DNA of 64,000 nt from Nitrospinales bacterium (GCA_965262115.1 OZ253496.1:2528001-2592000), one strand, 5' to 3'; positions 34,731 to 45,703 are shown, counted from the first letter of the stretch. A program made the numbers and translations. Notes: generated from the sequence alone by a model not told the origin.

Positions 34731-35039
34731 TCATTTAATATCATCGAATCCACGCCTGACTTTCTCTCGCCCTGCTGAATGATAAATTCTCCATCGTGGT
34801 AATTCAGAAGAATTCCATTCATACAAAAAAGTTCATGGATTTATTCATCGGTGAAGTCATAAAAAATGGGGAATGTTTGCATCACTTTTTTTTACATCAT
34901 GGTGGTTGGCTCTATAAAAAAAGAATAGGCCGGCAACTAATGCTGATTTAGGAGTTGTCAATGCATTTATACCTTGTAAATATTGAATGCAAATCTATAA
35001 TTCATTAATAGGGTTTTTCAATAGTTTGGAGATGTAAAA

Positions 35040-35411
35040 ATGGATGGGAAGCCAAAGTATAAATTATTGGTTGTGGATGACAACGAGAAACACTGCCAGG
35101 TTGCGAAACGATGCCTGGAGGATTACCGCGAAATTGAAATAGCTCTTGGTGGTGAGAAAGCTATTTCCCAAATATATAATTTTAATCCTGCGGTGGTCCT
35201 TCTGGATGTCAAGATGCCAAGGTTGACCGGGGACGAATTGGTGAAAATGATTAAAGCCTGGAAACCCGAAATTTATGTCATCATAGTTTCTGCCCATCTC
35301 ACCCCGGAAATCGAGAGAGATTGCATGCAGGACGGTGCATCCGATTGCTTTAGCAAACCAATAGATTTTGATTTGCTCCAGAAAACGATCCAGAATTTAC
35401 TGAATTCTTAA
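35040..35411 (+). CDS. Single-domain response regulator (CheY-like)
   Basis: LVVDD, LLDVKMP, VSA, SKP. Confidence 0.92.
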   Translation: MDGKPKYKLLVVDDNEKHCQVAKRCLEDYREIEIALGGEKAISQIYNFNPAVVLLDVKMPRLTGDELVKMIKAWKPEIYVIIVSAHLTPEIERDCMQDGASDCFSKPIDFDLLQKTIQNLLNS

Positions 35412-35584
35412 TGAGATAAATAGCTTTCAGGAAAAAATATCTCCTTCCTCATTGCCATACAGGTTAAGATCGTTCCGTTAATATTTTTAGGAGCGGTGAT
35501 TTCTTAAGTTGTGCCTTCAAAAAACTGCTTAAAACCCAAGCCCCGTCAAGAATCCTGCCAAGCGGATAGTATCTCTACACAACT

Positions 35585-36551
35585 TTATCGTGTTTCTTCG
35601 ACAACAATGAGAAGTTGTCCAGTATGGTCTTCTTCGCCGTCCAGTTTGTTGAGCCTGTAATGACCCGTTGCGCCCAAAAATGACTTAATATTCAGAAGCA
35701 ATTTATCCTTAAATGCAGATTGAACGGGATGGTGTTTCATGCGATACAGGCTGGTGCCCCTGTTGAAATAATTTTTTAATTCATTGATCTGGATGTTTGG
35801 GTCATGATTTTCAAAAATTATAGCGCATGAATTATCAGGAGGCAGTGTTTCTGCTATTGCTTTCAGAACATATAGCTCGTAGCCTTCAACGTCAATCTTG
35901 ATGAGATGGGATGTTATTTAGAAAAAGTTCGTTCAGGTGTGTTTTGGCATCTTTTATTGAGATCTTAATATAGTCATATGCGTTCGAGGGGTCCGTTATA
36001 TTATCTTTGTCTAGAAGAATATCATTGGAGTAGGTGTTTCCTTGTCTTATATATGCGCCGCCATAATTATTTTTGGGGATGGTTAGTTCGAGTTGGTTAT
36101 TGCTCTCCCCAAGGCCAAAGTTGTTGAGTGTTACTTTGTGGTCGATGCCAAATGTGATCTCAATGTTTGTCTGTAAAATTCGATACACTTGCGGATTAGG
36201 TTCATAACAGAATATATTTTCAAAACCGTTTCCAGTAAAACAGGACGTTAATCCAATGTTTGCGCCAATATCCAGCAAGAAATTGTTATACCCATTTATT
36301 CTGTAGGCTGTTATTAGTTCCTCGGTATCGACTTCGTGTCTTCCGAAGACCAGAGGATTCCTTGCTATTACATCCCCTCCTTTTACGAAGAGGTTTGCTG
36401 CGTTTTGCGTGATTTTTTCAAATAAAACACAGTTTTTACGAATTCTCAGGAATTCAAGGTTGGAATATGAATGGTGAAAATCTTCAGCTATCTTTATTCC
36501 GCTTTTCATTTGATTATTCCAGTTAGCGTACTTACGAATTAAGTCAAACAT
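35585..36551 (-). pseudogene. FkbM family methyltransferase, frameshifted
   Basis: LDIGANIG and YEPNP in ORF 35892-36551; LIKIDVEGYE..IIFEN continues in another frame from ~35905 to TAA at 35585-35587. Confidence 0.85.
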
Positions 36552-36801
36552 TCTACTATGTGGACATTGTAATTATCAAGCGAGGTCGTAGGAGTTGTGT
36601 TTGCTGGTGGCATCCGGGTTAAAAGGATGTTTTGCGTGATATTCAGGCTTGAGAGGGCTTGATGACTACTGGAAAAAAAAATTTAGAAAAGGTAAAATGC
36701 AGCCTTTGTTTGACGCCGAGACTGATTAGGTCCAGCCGATTTGGAGTTCTCCAAACAATGATAAATGAATAAACATCCACAATTTGGGGCAGATTGATGG
36801 C

Positions 36802-37720
36802 ATGAAAATTTTAAGAGCCTTCGGGTTTCCATACATAGCTAAAAACCCAAATAGTATTTACATTGGCCTTATTGCCGGGGTTGGTGACCTGGTTTTAGCG
36901 GCACCTTCGATTGTCGCGGTTAAAAATAAATTTCCGAAAGCTAAATTGTGTTTCGGGGTTGGGGGCGGAATTTTCTATGACATCATTGCCAATGATCCCA
37001 ATATTGATGAATTTGACACCCCTATATTTTATTGGCCCCCAACAAAAAATGTTTGGAAAATTTTGGTGCGAAAAAAACTATTCTTCAAAAAGAGCCTTAA
37101 ATATGACCTGGTGATTTTGCTGGATGGCCCCAGTAAAAAGGGGTTGGATAAAGGACAACACTTGATTGATCTTTACGCTGAGAAGTGTGGAATAACTGTG
37201 GAGCGCCGAAGGCCCATTGTTTATCTGAATGAAGAGGATGAGGTGCAGGCAGACGTCATCCTAGAGCAGGCAGGTATTTAAAAAAGGAGAACCCTTTATT
37301 GTCCTGTCTCCTGAAACACGCTTTGCTAAAGCGGCCAAAGAGTGGCCTCGCCAGAACTTTTTGGAATTGGCTGATAAAATCCGCGAAAAGTATTTAACTA
37401 AGATAATTACTTTTGTCTCTCCAAATTCAAACAAGGATTACCCTGGAACCATTACAGTAAAAAATGCACCAACAATCCGTGCTGCTGCCTCGGTTATTGG
37501 TCGTGCTTTTTTGTTTATAGGCTGTGATAATGGGTTGACGCACATTGCTTCATCATTTGATATGAAAATGATTTCTATTCATTTAGGTCACCCCAAAAAA
37601 CGTAGTGAGCCCATTTCTCCAAATGCTACGGTTATTTTTAAGGACTCGTTTCGTGATCCTGAATCGGTCACTGTGGACCAGGTATATGAAGAGGTCGAGA
37701 AGGTTCTGAAGGATCTTTAA
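36802..37720 (+). pseudogene. GT9 (heptosyltransferase-like) glycosyltransferase, frameshifted
   Basis: GVGDLVLAAP..FPKA N-domain. An extra T at ~37279 creates TAA; the shifted frame reads KKGEPFIVLSP..KEWPRQNF..FIGCDNGLTHIA. Confidence 0.85.
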
Positions 37721-37759
37721 AAAGGATTTTATAATTTAAAACCAAAGGATCAGGTCTGC

Positions 37760-39301
37760 TTGGCGACTTCATTCAAAAAACAAATGGTTGTTCTGGTTGT
37801 TGGGGGTGTCGTTTTTATGACACTTCTTGTCATGCCGCCACTTGAGGGTTTAACGCCTGAGGGGCAGCGCATGCTGGCGGTGACCGCCCTCATGGCGGTC
37901 TGGTGGGTCGGCGAGGGTACTTCCCTGGCGGTAACGGCCTTGTTGCCTTTGGTATTGTTCCCCGTGCTCGGCATCCTGCCTAGCAAACAGGTGGCCCCCA
38001 ATTACGCCAACCACCTCATCTTTCTGTTTCTCGGTGGATTCATGATTGCTCTCGCCATGGAGAAATGGAATTTCCATAAACGTCTCGCGTTATGGATCAT
38101 TTTCGCCATTGGGACCCGCCCCCAGCGTCTGGTTTTAGGATTCATGACCGCCACCGCTTTTTTATCGATGTGGACCTCCAACACTGCATCGACCATGATG
38201 ATGTTTCCGGTTGCCATGGCGGTGGTGCGGCAAATTGCTCTAGATGCATCTTTGGATGGCGTGAAAAACTCCGAATCGCAAAAGACTATTGAACAAGGAT
38301 TAGGACTTGTCCTCATGCTGGGTCTGGCTTATTCCGCAAGTATTGGCGGGGTAGGTACCCTCATTGGCACTGCACCTAATATTGTTTTTGCCGGGTTTTA
38401 TAAAACACTATTTCCAGAGAATCCTGAAATAACTTTTTTTAAGTGGATGGTGATGGCGGTTCCAGTGGTGATAGTTTTTATTCCGATCGTGTGGTTGTAT
38501 CTGTGCCGATTCGTGTCCCCCATATCGTTAAAGAACATTTCATCCGGGAGCCATGAAATTATTCAACGGGAACTCAATGAACTGGGTCCCATCAACCGCG
38601 CTGAAAAAACTGTGGCGACCGTGTTTTGTCTCACCGCTTTTTTATGGATATTTCGTCAGCCCATTTCGTTGGGAGAATTTGTGATTCCCGGTTGGTCGGG
38701 ACTGTTTGCCAACCCAAAATACCTGCACGATTCTACCGTGGCTATGGCAATGGGAGTTTTTCTCATGATTCTACCGGTTGATGGGACAAAAGGGCAGGAC
38801 TTAAACGGCAAGCGGGAATACTTCGCGCTTGACTGGAAAACCGTGCAGGAAAAAATTCCCTGGGGTATTTTGCTTTTGTTCGGTGGCGGGTTTGCATTGG
38901 CCGGGGGTTTTGGTGCGACCGGACTCGATACATGGATCGGTGGCAAGCTTACTGGTATTGCGGGGTGGCCTTTATGGTGTGTGGTGCTCAGCATTTGTCT
39001 TGCCATTACTTTTTTAACGGAGTTGACCTCCAACACTGCCACCACCACGATGATCCTTCCTATACTCGGTGTGTCGGCGGTGGCTGCAAATATTCATCCT
39101 CTCTTTTTTATGCTGCCGACAACGCTGGCGGCATCCTTCGCTTTCATGTTACCTGTTGCGACCCCGCCAAATGCCATTGTGTTTGGTAGCGGTTGGGTGA
39201 CGATCCCTCAAATGTCACGAGCTGGTTTTGTTCTCAACTTTGTCGGGGCAGGCATCGTGACCACCACCGTTCTGCTTTTGGTCAATTCCCTGTTTCTATA
39301 G
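37760..39301 (+). CDS. SLC13/DASS sodium-anion symporter
   Basis: SMWTSNTAS, SIGGVGTLIGTAPN, TELTSNTAT, FMLPVATPPNA. Confidence 0.95.
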   Translation: MATSFKKQMVVLVVGGVVFMTLLVMPPLEGLTPEGQRMLAVTALMAVWWVGEGTSLAVTALLPLVLFPVLGILPSKQVAPNYANHLIFLFLGGFMIALAMEKWNFHKRLALWIIFAIGTRPQRLVLGFMTATAFLSMWTSNTASTMMMFPVAMAVVRQIALDASLDGVKNSESQKTIEQGLGLVLMLGLAYSASIGGVGTLIGTAPNIVFAGFYKTLFPENPEITFFKWMVMAVPVVIVFIPIVWLYLCRFVSPISLKNISSGSHEIIQRELNELGPINRAEKTVATVFCLTAFLWIFRQPISLGEFVIPGWSGLFANPKYLHDSTVAMAMGVFLMILPVDGTKGQDLNGKREYFALDWKTVQEKIPWGILLLFGGGFALAGGFGATGLDTWIGGKLTGIAGWPLWCVVLSICLAITFLTELTSNTATTTMILPILGVSAVAANIHPLFFMLPTTLAASFAFMLPVATPPNAIVFGSGWVTIPQMSRAGFVLNFVGAGIVTTTVLLLVNSLFL

Positions 39302-39385
39302 CTTTAAACAGTTATAAAATAATGGGTTATGGTTTATTCCCTTAGGGTGTTGCTTTAAGGCAGGCAAACTGTTATTTAGTGTGTC

Positions 39386-42300
39386 ATGAATCCTGCCAAT
39401 TTCGTACATCTCCATCTCCATACTTCCTATAGCTTACTAGATTCTTCAATCCGCCATTCTGCCCTGTTTGAAAAGGCGGCGGAGTTTGGCATGCCTGCCG
39501 TGGCGATGACCGATCATGGCAATATGTTTGGGGTGGTGGAATTTTATAATGCAGCCCGCAAACATGGCATCAAGCCGATCATCGGGTGCGAAGTGTATGT
39601 TGCGCCTGAGAGCCGCCTTGAGAAAAATTCCAAAGACAATCTTCGCGATGCGTCTTATCACCTCATCCTTCTTTCCGAAAATGAGACGGGTTATAAAAAC
39701 CTTTTAAAACTCGTGACCAAGGGATATCTGGAAGGGTTTTATTACAAGCCGCGCATTGACAAGGAACTGCTTGCAGAATATTCGGAGGGACTGATCGCTC
39801 TGAGTTCTTGTGTTCGCGGTGAAGTCGCCCATAACGTGAACCGGGAGAATGTTCCCCGCGCTATCAAGGTGGCCAGCCAGTATGCAGAGATCATGGGCGG
39901 GGGCAACTTTTTTCTCGAACTGCAGAATCACCAACTGGAAAACCAGGACCGGATCAACAAGGAAATCATCGGTATTGGTAAAAAACTGGACCTCCCGGTG
40001 GTGGCCACCAATAATTGTCATTATATTGACCGGGAAGATTTTCGAGCGCATGAAATTCTACTGTGCTTGCAGACGGGAAAAACCATCAGCGACCCTTACC
40101 GCATGCAGTATCCCAAGGATGAATTCTATTTCAAATCACCTCAAGAGATGATCGCCCTGTTTAAAGAGACTCCCGAGGCGATTGAGAATACTTTGAAAAT
40201 TGCCGAGCGTTGTGAGCTGGAACTGGAATTTGACAAACTAAATTTGCCGGATTACCCGGTTCCGGAATCATATTCTCTTGAGACCTATCTTGAGGAGCGT
40301 TCCCGCGAGGGGTTGACAAAGAGGTTTGAAGAGTTGGAGAAACGCAAGATTGAGTTTGACCGGGAAGTCTATGAAAAAAGGTTGGAGCGGGAACTGGGAA
40401 TCATCAAGAAGATGGGCTATCCCGGTTATTTTCTCATCGTGTGGGACTTCATCCATTACGCCAAGGAAAACGGGATCCCGGTTGGACCCGGTCGGGGTTC
40501 TGCCGCGGGCAGTGTGGTTGCCTACGCCCTGCAAATTACCGATATCGATCCTATGCAATACGATTTGTTGTTCGAGCGGTTCTTGAATCCGGAACGGGTG
40601 AGCATGCCGGATATTGATATCGACTTCTGCATAGATGGGCGCGATGACGTGATCAAATATGTTACCGAGAAATATGGCGGCAACCAGAATGTGACTCAGA
40701 TCATCACTTTTGGCAGCATGAATGCCAAGGGGGTCATCCGCGATGTCGGGCGGGTTCTGGATATGACCTATGGCGAGGTCGACAAGCTGGCGAAACTGGT
40801 TCCCAACAAACTGAATGTCACGCTTAAGGACGCGTTCAAGGAGGAGCCGCAATTTGAAAAACTCCGCAAGGAAAACCCGAAAGTTGCCGAACTATTGGAT
40901 ATCGCCAAAAACCTGGAAGGGCTGGCGCGGCACTGCTCGACCCACGCCGCCGGGGTGGTCATTTCATCGAAAGCTCTGACGGAGTTTTGTCCGCTTTATA
41001 AAGGCAGTAACGACGAGGTGGTGACTCAGTATGCCATGGGCAGTGTGGAAAAACTCGGATTGCTGAAAATGGATTTTCTTGGGTTGAGAACGCTGACGGT
41101 GATCAGTAATGCCCTGAAGATGATCAAACAATCAAAAAATATTGATCTGGATATCGGCGCCATTCCCTTGAATGATCCTGCCACCTACCAGCTTCTTTGC
41201 GATGCGAGAACGCTTGGGATTTTCCAGTTGGAAAGTTCGGGAATGCGCGACCTGCTTAAAAAATTAAAGCCGGACTGTTTTGAGGACATCATCGCTCTTT
41301 TAGCGATGTACCGACCGGGTCCATTGGAAAGCGGCATGGTTGATGATTATGTTAAGCGCAAGCATGGCACGATGGAGGAAAAATATGACCTGCCGCAGTT
41401 GGAGTCCATTCTTAAAGAAACTCACGGAGTCATTCTCTATCAGGAACAGGTGATGAAGATAGCCAGTGTGCTGGCCGGGTTCAGCCTGGGTGATGCCGAC
41501 TTGTTGCGGAGAGCTATGGGCAAAAAGAAACCGGAAGAAATGGCTGCCCAGCGGGAAAAGTTTTTGAAGGGATCACGGGATAAAAATATTAATGAAAAAA
41601 AATCGGAAAAGATTTTTAACCTGATGGAAAAGTTTGCCGGCTATGGGTTCAATAAATCTCACAGCGCGGCGTACGCGCAAATTTCTTACCAGACCGCTTA
41701 CTTGAAAGCTCATTACCAGTTGGAATTTTTTGGTGCCTTGATCACCAGTGATATGGATAACACCGACAAGGTTTTGCGCTATATCCACGACTGCCGTGAA
41801 ATGAAGATCACCGTTCAACCCCCGGATGTGAACCTGAGCCAGCGGGACTTTTCGGTCTGCGAAAATATACTGGTCTTTGGCCTTGGGGCTATTAAAAATG
41901 TCGGGAGCAAAGCCCTCGACAATATTATCGAAGTCAGGCAGGAGTTGGGCCGGTTTACATCACTGGAGCAGTTGTGCGAGAACGTGGATATGCAGTTGGC
42001 CAACAAGCGGGTGTTTGAAAGTTTGATTAAAAGTGGAGCCTGCGATTCTCTGGGCCAGAGCCGGGCTCAAATGATGAATGAGTTGCAAGCTCATATGGAA
42101 CAAGGGCAGGCCAAGCAAAGGGACCGGGAGTTGGGACAGTCCAACATGTTTGATTCGTTTGCGGCCGATGCGGAGGAAGATAAGCCATCTGTCAGAAATG
42201 TGGAGGAGTGGAGCGATGCTGATCGGCTCAGGTTGGAAAAAGAAAGCATCGGGTTTTATATCACCGGTCATCCACTGGATGGGTTTACCCGGGAGCTGTC

Positions 42301-42847
42301 CTGGTTCACGGATGCAACTTCAGCCTCCATCGCAGAAGCTAGAAACGGAAAAACTGTAAGCCTGGCAGGAATCCCGATCAAACATCTTCCCAAAACTACC
42401 CGCAAGGGTGACAAGATGGCGATCATCACCCTTGAGGATTTGCAGGGATCGATAGAGGTTATCCTCTGGCCAGAAATATACAGTCAGGCTCAGTCACTTT
42501 TAATGGATGAAGTGCCGCTTTTGGTAAAGGGTAAGGTGGACTCCGAAGGTAACTTGCCAAAAGTCATCGCCAGCGAGGTCTTTCCGCTTGCCCAGGCGAA
42601 TCAGCATTTTCAGGGCAAGGTCATGATCCATTTCAGGACATTGGGTTTAGAGCGCGAGACCCTTGTAGCGGTGAAGAATATTCTTGCCTCTCACAAAGGC
42701 AACAACGATACCTGCTTACATTTTATCTTTCCGGATGAAAATGAACGTGTGGTCACGGTGGCGGATGAGTTTCGTATTCAACCTTCCGATGATGTGATTG
42801 ATAAGATCGAAGCCCTTCTAGGAGAAGATGCAATTTTGTTTGAATAG
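39386..42847 (+). CDS. dnaE: DNA polymerase III alpha subunit
   Basis: FVHLHLHTSYSLLD, GPGRGSAAGS, MPDIDIDF, KMDFLGL, YGFNKSH; no intein. Confidence 0.98.
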   Translation: MNPANFVHLHLHTSYSLLDSSIRHSALFEKAAEFGMPAVAMTDHGNMFGVVEFYNAARKHGIKPIIGCEVYVAPESRLEKNSKDNLRDASYHLILLSENETGYKNLLKLVTKGYLEGFYYKPRIDKELLAEYSEGLIALSSCVRGEVAHNVNRENVPRAIKVASQYAEIMGGGNFFLELQNHQLENQDRINKEIIGIGKKLDLPVVATNNCHYIDREDFRAHEILLCLQTGKTISDPYRMQYPKDEFYFKSPQEMIALFKETPEAIENTLKIAERCELELEFDKLNLPDYPVPESYSLETYLEERSREGLTKRFEELEKRKIEFDREVYEKRLERELGIIKKMGYPGYFLIVWDFIHYAKENGIPVGPGRGSAAGSVVAYALQITDIDPMQYDLLFERFLNPERVSMPDIDIDFCIDGRDDVIKYVTEKYGGNQNVTQIITFGSMNAKGVIRDVGRVLDMTYGEVDKLAKLVPNKLNVTLKDAFKEEPQFEKLRKENPKVAELLDIAKNLEGLARHCSTHAAGVVISSKALTEFCPLYKGSNDEVVTQYAMGSVEKLGLLKMDFLGLRTLTVISNALKMIKQSKNIDLDIGAIPLNDPATYQLLCDARTLGIFQLESSGMRDLLKKLKPDCFEDIIALLAMYRPGPLESGMVDDYVKRKHGTMEEKYDLPQLESILKETHGVILYQEQVMKIASVLAGFSLGDADLLRRAMGKKKPEEMAAQREKFLKGSRDKNINEKKSEKIFNLMEKFAGYGFNKSHSAAYAQISYQTAYLKAHYQLEFFGALITSDMDNTDKVLRYIHDCREMKITVQPPDVNLSQRDFSVCENILVFGLGAIKNVGSKALDNIIEVRQELGRFTSLEQLCENVDMQLANKRVFESLIKSGACDSLGQSRAQMMNELQAHMEQGQAKQRDRELGQSNMFDSFAADAEEDKPSVRNVEEWSDADRLRLEKESIGFYITGHPLDGFTRELSWFTDATSASIAEARNGKTVSLAGIPIKHLPKTTRKGDKMAIITLEDLQGSIEVILWPEIYSQAQSLLMDEVPLLVKGKVDSEGNLPKVIASEVFPLAQANQHFQGKVMIHFRTLGLERETLVAVKNILASHKGNNDTCLHFIFPDENERVVTVADEFRIQPSDDVIDKIEALLGEDAILFE

Positions 42848-42960
42848 CGGGAATGAGCCACGAAAAGAGCCCGAAACACATCGTGAGTTAGTCCCGGGTT
42901 TGTGCGATAATGCCCTCTCGTTTCAAACCCTGAAATTTTTGCGAAATTAGCTGAGAAAAT

Positions 42961-44271
42961 ATGGAAGTCAAAGAATTCGCCTTACGATATTTTAAGGATG
43001 TGCTGGCCAACGGCTTGATGGTGGTGACGGTGGAGATGCCGCATATTCACACCATGGAAGTGTCGATGTTTGTCCGGGCCGGTTTACGATTTGAAAATGA
43101 AAAGAATAATGGAATCTCCCATTTTCTGGAACATATGATGTTCCGGGGAAACCGGAAATACCACAACTCGATCTCCCTGAATATGGAATTCGAAAATATT
43201 GGTCGGGACCTTCGTGCCTCCACCCTTGGGGAATACACGCAATACGGGTTCAGTCCGCATACCTCGCAGTTAGATAAGGGAATGGAAATTTTCTCGGAGT
43301 TTTTTTATTCCCCGACGTTTCCGGAGATTGAACTGGAACGCGGAATCATTATCGAGGAATACTATGAAGAACTCAACGAAGAGGGCGTGAATGTAGACAT
43401 TAACAACCAGGCGTGCAAACTGCTTTATCCTGAAACACCAATATCATGGCCCACCATTGGGACGGAAGAGACTATTAAAGCGATTACGGTGGAAATGTTG
43501 AAGGACTATTACAACGCCCATTATGTTCCTGGAAACATGATTCTGGCAATTTCGGGACCGGTTGAGCACGACCTTAATCTTTCGCTGGCAGAAAAATATT
43601 TTTCCAATTTATCTAACGGTGTGGCGCCGATTTCAAAAAATCATTTTATCGGAAGTATCCCCGACGAGCAGGCCCGGCCCCAGTTTCTTTTTCAGCAGGA
43701 TTCTGACAGCCAGATCGAACTGCAAATATGTTTTCGTTCCTGTTCTTACAATCATGAAGATTTTCTGACAATGGGATTAATCAGCCGAATCTTTGACGAT
43801 GGCTTTACCTCCCGATTGCAGAGAGTGCTCAGAGAAGAACGAGGCCTGGTTTATTCAGTCGAATGCCGTGCAACGAGTATGTCGGACATTGGCACGATGG
43901 ACTTTGATGTAACGGTGCGGCCGGAGAAACTCATTGAAGTGACCCAAGTCCTGCTTGAGGAAATTAAAACTTTTGCCAGCCAGGGGCCCACTGATTATGA
44001 AGTGGCGCATGTAAAAAAACGTTATATGTTTGACCTGGATTCGGAATTGGATGATCCTTACAAGCAGGTGGTGCGCTATGCTTTCCCACACCTTTACTCG
44101 GAAGAACTCTCCGTGGAAGAAGAACGAAACCAGATTCAGATGATCTCGAAAGAAAAAATCATTGATGTTGCCCGAAAGACTTTTGTCCCGGAAGTGCTGA
44201 ACCTGATTCTGGTCGGTCCTTATACCCACGAATTAAAAGACGACCTCGAAAAACTGATCCAGAACTATTAA
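42961..44271 (+). CDS. M16 family zinc peptidase
   Basis: HFLEH inverted zincin motif, SRL..LREERGLVYSV. Confidence 0.92.
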   Translation: MEVKEFALRYFKDVLANGLMVVTVEMPHIHTMEVSMFVRAGLRFENEKNNGISHFLEHMMFRGNRKYHNSISLNMEFENIGRDLRASTLGEYTQYGFSPHTSQLDKGMEIFSEFFYSPTFPEIELERGIIIEEYYEELNEEGVNVDINNQACKLLYPETPISWPTIGTEETIKAITVEMLKDYYNAHYVPGNMILAISGPVEHDLNLSLAEKYFSNLSNGVAPISKNHFIGSIPDEQARPQFLFQQDSDSQIELQICFRSCSYNHEDFLTMGLISRIFDDGFTSRLQRVLREERGLVYSVECRATSMSDIGTMDFDVTVRPEKLIEVTQVLLEEIKTFASQGPTDYEVAHVKKRYMFDLDSELDDPYKQVVRYAFPHLYSEELSVEEERNQIQMISKEKIIDVARKTFVPEVLNLILVGPYTHELKDDLEKLIQNY

Positions 44272-44275
44272 TTTC

Positions 44276-45055
44276 ATGATTCAAAAAAAAATGAAGCCAT
44301 TCGGCTTGTGGACTGTGCTATTGGCGCTGTTTCTCTCTGCCTGTGGCGCAAATATTGAGGATTGTTTGCAGGATGGAAGTTGTGGTCCCGCCATACAGGT
44401 GGCCAGCCATGACGGGAGCTTGCCGGTGGATCCTTATGATTCTTTTTGGGATGCAGGGCCTGTTGCGGTCGAGGTTGAACTCGGGCCGCAAATGATCACC
44501 AATCCGAAATGGCCAAATCCTTCGACGAAGGAGGTTACCGTGCGTGCTGTTAAAAATTCCAGCGGCATAGCTATCATGCTGGAGTGGAGTGATCCAACTC
44601 GTGATAGCAACTTTGACCACTCTGCGTTATATGTTGATCGGGCGGCGGTGATGTTTCCGATCGTTGCCGAGAAGGAGGCCCCGCTGATCACCATGGGCGA
44701 ATCGGGAAAGCCTGTCAACATCTGGCAATGGAAGGCAGTGGGTGGAGAGAGAGGGCAACCGGGAGTGAGGGACAATCCTGATTCCGGGCTCACTTACCAG
44801 ACCATTGAGGATTTAAACGCGGAGGGATACAGCACCCTGACCGATCAGAACCAGCAGGATGTAAAAGGCTTCGCGGTGTGGAAAAGTAATAAATGGCGTC
44901 TTGTTTTCCATCGATCGTTAACCAATGACAACGCCAATGATGTTCAGTTTAGGCAGTCGGTCTTAATGGCCATCGCGGTTTGGAACGGTTCTAATAAAGA
45001 ATTGAATGGGCAAAAGGGAATTGCCGGCTGGTTGCTTTTGAGGATGTCATCCTGA
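44276..45055 (+). CDS. Lipoprotein with ethylbenzene-dehydrogenase gamma (DMSO reductase type II heme b) domain
   Basis: Lipobox LSAC; LEWSD, DRAAVMFP, ITMG, VNIWQWKA, AVWNG..GQK. Confidence 0.8.
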   Translation: MIQKKMKPFGLWTVLLALFLSACGANIEDCLQDGSCGPAIQVASHDGSLPVDPYDSFWDAGPVAVEVELGPQMITNPKWPNPSTKEVTVRAVKNSSGIAIMLEWSDPTRDSNFDHSALYVDRAAVMFPIVAEKEAPLITMGESGKPVNIWQWKAVGGERGQPGVRDNPDSGLTYQTIEDLNAEGYSTLTDQNQQDVKGFAVWKSNKWRLVFHRSLTNDNANDVQFRQSVLMAIAVWNGSNKELNGQKGIAGWLLLRMSS

Positions 45056-45119
45056 GTTTGTTATGTTCTTCCTAAATATTCATGGCCCGAAGGGACACAT
45101 TGAAGGATCTGGTTTTTCT

Positions 45120-45155
45120 CGTCTTTGCGAGGCGGCGAAGCCAACGAAGCAATCC
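45120..45155 (+). repeat. CGTC-type REP upstream of the GIY-YIG gene
   Basis: CGTC-TTTGCGAG-GCGGCGAAGCCAA-CGAAGCAA-TCC. Confidence 0.8.
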
Positions 45156-45199
45156 AGTTGTTAAGTTTACCGTTGCAACGAGCCTGACCTGCAACCGAG

Positions 45200-45538
45200 A
45201 TGAAAAGAAAACGACCTGCAGTTTATATTATGACCAATAAACCCAACGGAACCCTCTATACTGGCGTGACGAGTGATCTGGTAAAGCGCGTTTATGACCA
45301 TAAAAATGGGGCTGTTCCGGGTTTTACTAAAACCTGTGGTTGTAAGCGGCTGGTCTACTTTGAACTCTGTGATAGCATGGGTAATGCTATTTCCCGAGAG
45401 AAACAGATAAAGTCCGGTTCCAGAGATAGGAAAATAGCGTTAATTGAAAACATGAATCCGAAGTGGCAGGATCTTTATAGCGAATTCTATGATTGTCGTT
45501 GCGAGGAGCCAATGGCGACGAAGCAATCCAGGTTGTGA
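45200..45538 (+). CDS. Small stand-alone GIY-YIG nuclease
   Basis: AVYIM..TLYTGVTSDLVKRVYDHK, LVYFE, AISREKQIK, NPKWQDL. The last ~14 codons are REP-derived. Confidence 0.92.
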   Translation: MKRKRPAVYIMTNKPNGTLYTGVTSDLVKRVYDHKNGAVPGFTKTCGCKRLVYFELCDSMGNAISREKQIKSGSRDRKIALIENMNPKWQDLYSEFYDCRCEEPMATKQSRL

Positions 45539-45703
45539 GGTTTTGTATAGAGAATCCTCCGATGACGAAGTCGTGATAATTCCTCATTAGCCTTTGTGCC
45601 CTGTAAGAGCAAACCCATAGAACCTGGATCGCCACGCTCGGTTCCCTCGCTCGCGATGACGATTCTGTGGGTTTGGCTGTCACCCTGAGCCAAGTCGAAG
45701 GGC
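45494..45703. repeat. Three CGTC-type REPs and a Z unit downstream of the GIY-YIG gene
   Basis: REPs at 45494-45529 (+), 45626-45661 (-) and 45678-45703 (+); degenerate Z at 45573-45611. Confidence 0.8.
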
